64,000 nucleotides of DNA. Origin: Flaccisagitta enflata (Eukaryota). The stretch lies in NCBI GenBank assembly GCA_965153355.1, contig OZ231126.1:21638001-21702000 (forward strand), read 5' to 3'. Position numbers and translations under genes: made by a program. The notes under the pieces are model-generated. The model was not told where the DNA came from and made no database searches. It saw only the letters and a list, made by a program, of their open reading frames with translations. How positions within the stretch are numbered: position 1 is the stretch's first letter; each line of letters opens with the position of its first letter. Positions 60,317-64,000 of the stretch are shown in pieces.

Positions 60317-61905
60317 TGCTGCAGCGTTGGTTCGCGATTCTCAGTTGTTTTTGCAAGTTTTTGCAGCGTGGTTTTGGCTTCGTTTCCTCTCAAATCCTGA
60401 AGATGCCCCCCGCATCGAAATCCTGTGAGCTTCACTCCCGCGCTTCACGAGAGAAAAACAGAGTAACAACGGAAAATTAATCTAGCGAGGGAGTCCAGGA
60501 GTCGATACTGTACATAATCTTACGTCTATACCGTACCAACATAACTTGACATAACCTTTTATTGAGAGAGGGTAACAAGATGGGAGTCCCGAAACTCCTG
60601 CCGCGAAGTTGGGGTTAATGGGGTAAAACAGACAGAGGGTGTGGCAGTTGCGGCCAGCCGGGGTGGGGGTGGGGAGATAATGGAGGAAAACGGGCCAGAA
60701 TAGAAGAAAGGAAGAGAGGAACAAATAAAGAATCCTGAAGTAAGACTTGTGCAGGAAATTTCACATGCTCGAATCACTTCTGTTTCGTTTCTGGTCTTGA
60801 TGGATGAAAACCTCATTTGCATATTGCAGTTTTTTTTAAATCATGCACGCCTGAAAACTTCTTTAAACAAGAATTGAACCTTTCTTGACTTTTAATGTCT
60901 CATTATTCTGACGATTAAAGAAGGACTGTATTAATCTTGCAAATAAGCAATTATAAATGAGCATATTCAAAAATCATTCAATTACTAAGCACGGTTTCAT
61001 TTTATTGGAAGGGTTTTTAATAAAAAAAAAATTCACAAATTCATTTGGAATTCTTCCGCGATGGTAAATAGCAGGTCAGCCTGAGATTACAGCTCTATAG
61101 CCTGGACCAAACATCGAGTGGAGACCCCCGGCCCTGCTTATTACAGATGCATAATGTGGCATTTGCGAGATCTATGTGACATGTGGTAATTCACCACTGT
61201 CGCCTAGGCGCATGCATGGCCTTTTGTATCACAGCCTCATGTCTAGAGTCAGGCCAGGAAAACATGGAGCGGATTGCGAATACCAACCCTTAAAAGTGAA
61301 CAGTTTGTTCATTGTAGACAGATAAGAGGAAGAGAGTTTTGGGAGGAGAAAAAGCCTATGAATTCAACATAAGTGCGGCAGCTTTTCGCCGAATTATTCA
61401 TGCTACGCGGCAGTTAGACGGAATCGGCACCTCTGGGGGTGAGAGTCGATATTTTCGCGACTGTCTTGCGGTGCATCCGACCATGTTCTTAAAAGGACAT
61501 CGATAAGAGAGTTTAAGGCTGAAGGTAAGGGAGTACGAGTGTAGGGCAAGTCAAAATCTCGCCTCAGATACTTGATTTTCATGTCAGTGGGCCCAAAATA
61601 TGAGGTTTTCCACCAATTTTGGGGCTGTCACTCAAAAAATACCCTGCGGATGGCCCCAAAAACCGATTTTTGCATTATCCATATCATTTTATAAGCGTTT
61701 TTTAACATTTTTTTTTTTTATGAATCGCTAAAACTTTTCAATTTTTTTTTCCTTTTTCATACTACTGTTGTTTGTCATGCTTCAGTAGCATTCTTCATCC
61801 TTTGGGAAAAAAAATAAGTAGAGATTTTAACTATCGGCAGGTAAAAAATGACAAAAATTGCAGAAAAATAGGCAAAAATGGAAAACTGTTACTGAAATCA
61901 ATGTA

Positions 61906-62672
61906 CAGTATGATTGTTCTGAACTGTAACATAAGATGAGGACATAACGCAAAAACTGAAAGGGCTAGCCAAATTCTGAAAATAGTTTTTGGGAGATATG
62001 AGTTAGCAGATTTTTGTAAGAAAACTCCAAGGATTTTTTCGTAGAATTTGATCCAATTAACACATCATGAAGTGGAGGGTAATTTCTGCAAAAAAGGGTG
62101 ATTTTATTATGACCGAAATGAACTGCCTTCCTTTAGATTGCTCTCATTTTTAAATGGTTAGAGCTACTGATCCCAGATTGGTCTCAAATGAAAGATATTT
62201 TGATGTAGTCTTAGGAGGAAAAATGAGAAAAAGGCATTATTAAAGATTTATCATGCAAAACATTAATGGTATTGTCTTTTCAGGAAAACTTTTATGCAGA
62301 ATTGACTTTCAGTTCACGAAAAACAATCAAGACTCAAATAAAGCAAATCTCTTGAGCTTTCCTCAAAAACTACTTTTAGAAATCTTTCATTTGAGACTAA
62401 TCTGGAATTTGTAGCTCAATCCGTTTAAGAATGAGAGCAATTTAAAGGAAAACAGTTCAGCCAACCTCTTTACAATTTTTTCACTTTGCATATTTTGATC
62501 TCAAGTTAAAAAGAAACAAGAGGATTGATTTTTTTCCAGAAAATCCTTGGAATTTTTTCAGCAACAATCTGCAAACTCATATTTTCCAAGAGTTTTTTTC
62601 AGAATTAGGCTAGCCCTTCTAGTTTTTGCACTATGCCCTCATCTTATGTTACAGTTCAGAACAATCATACTG
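61906..62672. mobile_element. Tc1/mariner-type MITE, copy 2 (767 bp)
   Basis: TA|CAGTATGATTG...CAATCATACTG|TA; same orientation as copy 1, with few substitutions. Confidence 0.92.
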
Positions 62673-62929
62673 TATCTAGCTATTCAACTAGCTCCTAGCC
62701 ATGATATTAATAAAACCTAGCAAACTCTAAGTCAAGCTAGTGATCTGTAATGAAATAGAAATCATTTTATCAATCAAATAACTCAATCCTAGTCAAAAAA
62801 AGTTCCATGAAACAGCAGTGCAATCATCCAATTCATAACATTTGTGTAAGAGGGAGAGTTAGATCATAGGTCCGATCATGAATGGTCATGAATTTTTCTT
62901 AACCTATTTTGTGCTACTATTCTTGGGCA

Positions 62930-64000
62930 TTAGAGGTGATAAGTTATCCCCACAGAGCCTCAATGACCTCTTTGTTGAGAAGTGCAAAGACCAAATCTTT
63001 TTGCTAAATGTTTTTGGCAAAAATAACAAAGGGCGTGATTACAAGCACATACTTCTTTCCAAAGTGATCTACTACTTTTTCAGTTGGGTAAATCCAATAT
63101 GTTCTCTCTACATCATCTTTTGCACAAGTTTTCAGAGTGGTGAGGGCTTGAACAATGGTGGTATCTAGCTCATAGTTGTATGACTGGACTGACACAAGGT
63201 TCCAACCATCTACTTCCAAAGTAATAAGAAACTCTTCCTCAATTGGAAATCTAGTTCAGGATCAGCTGAAGTGGCTGCTGCAGATCTTTTTCTTTTTGTT
63301 TTAGACTGTGTTGTGGGTGAATCAAGCATATTGGTTGCTTCATAAACATCATCAACTGTAATGAATTCTTGATTGCATTGGTCAACAGAATGTAATCCCA
63401 ATAGATTTTCATACATTTGTTTGGAACTGATATTGCATTGCTTGAAGTAAACAAAGTCACTAGGTAACTCAGAAGAAAAAAAATTTTTCAACTTGATTAC
63501 TCTGCACAAAATGGACAGTGAATTCTGCTCCTTCAATATCTTGATTCAATTGTAGCATTTGTTAAATTCATTTTGAGATGTCAATGGAGCATCACATTTA
63601 TGTTTCTTGCCATTATCTCTGCCTTGTTTTTGGACTGCTCTCTGGCTAGCTTATCTGCCTCTGGATCAATGTGAGCAAATTTGGACTTCATCAAATCTTT
63701 TTGCTTGGCTTTCAATTTTTTGTCTTTGAGCATGCATTCAGCTCCCTTTGCAAATGCTTTGTCTATCAATTTGAGTACCAATCTGTCACTTATGGCCTGA
63801 AATGCTACACCTCCTTTAGCTTTGAGCTGTTGTGAGAAGTGTCAAAAGTAGTTCTCTCCTGCTTTGCTATCCATTGGAATTTTTTTAAAGTTCATCCTCT
63901 ATGAACATTTCTGAAAGTGGCTTCAACTCTGTCTTTCCATAAGTGCCTGCTTTTTTTTTCTCACAGTATTCCTTATACTCAAGATATGCTAAAAAGCTGT
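62930..64000 (-). pseudogene. Frameshifted coding remnant, probably from a decayed DNA transposon that continues beyond the window
   Basis: Three consecutive minus-strand ORF pieces with ordinary amino-acid composition (63581-63781, 63210-63536, 63004-63219). The last two overlap at an apparent frameshift (...FLLLWK / EVDGW...). No catalytic motif was recognised. Confidence 0.5.

Overview
Repeat-rich, non-bacterial (animal-like) genomic DNA. One convincing protein-coding feature is present: the large first coding exon of a central-class Hox gene on the minus strand (29549->27839). It encodes about 570 low-complexity residues and ends in SIYPWMAMAG, cut by a phase-1 GT donor. That hexapeptide context and intron position resemble Ultrabithorax (FYPWMAIAG) and the Ubx/abd-A/Lox2/Lox4 (Hox8-type) group. 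I found no homeobox in the 27.8 kb downstream, so that interval is probably one very long intron. The rest consists of dense microsatellites, short satellites and minisatellites, and many non-autonomous transposons: two DINE-1/HINE-like (Helentron-associated) families, TA-flanked Tc1/mariner-type MITEs, a hAT MITE with an 8-bp TSD, and a decayed element with frameshifted ORF remnants at the right edge. Almost all other ORFs in the track are translations of simple repeats. I did not find a clearly new biological system. The best leads are the atypical Hox N-terminus, a strong splice acceptor in its 5' leader, PRE-like and Hox-site islands, and a satellite-carrying transposon family. Everything was read by eye, no searches were run, and repeat boundaries are approximate.
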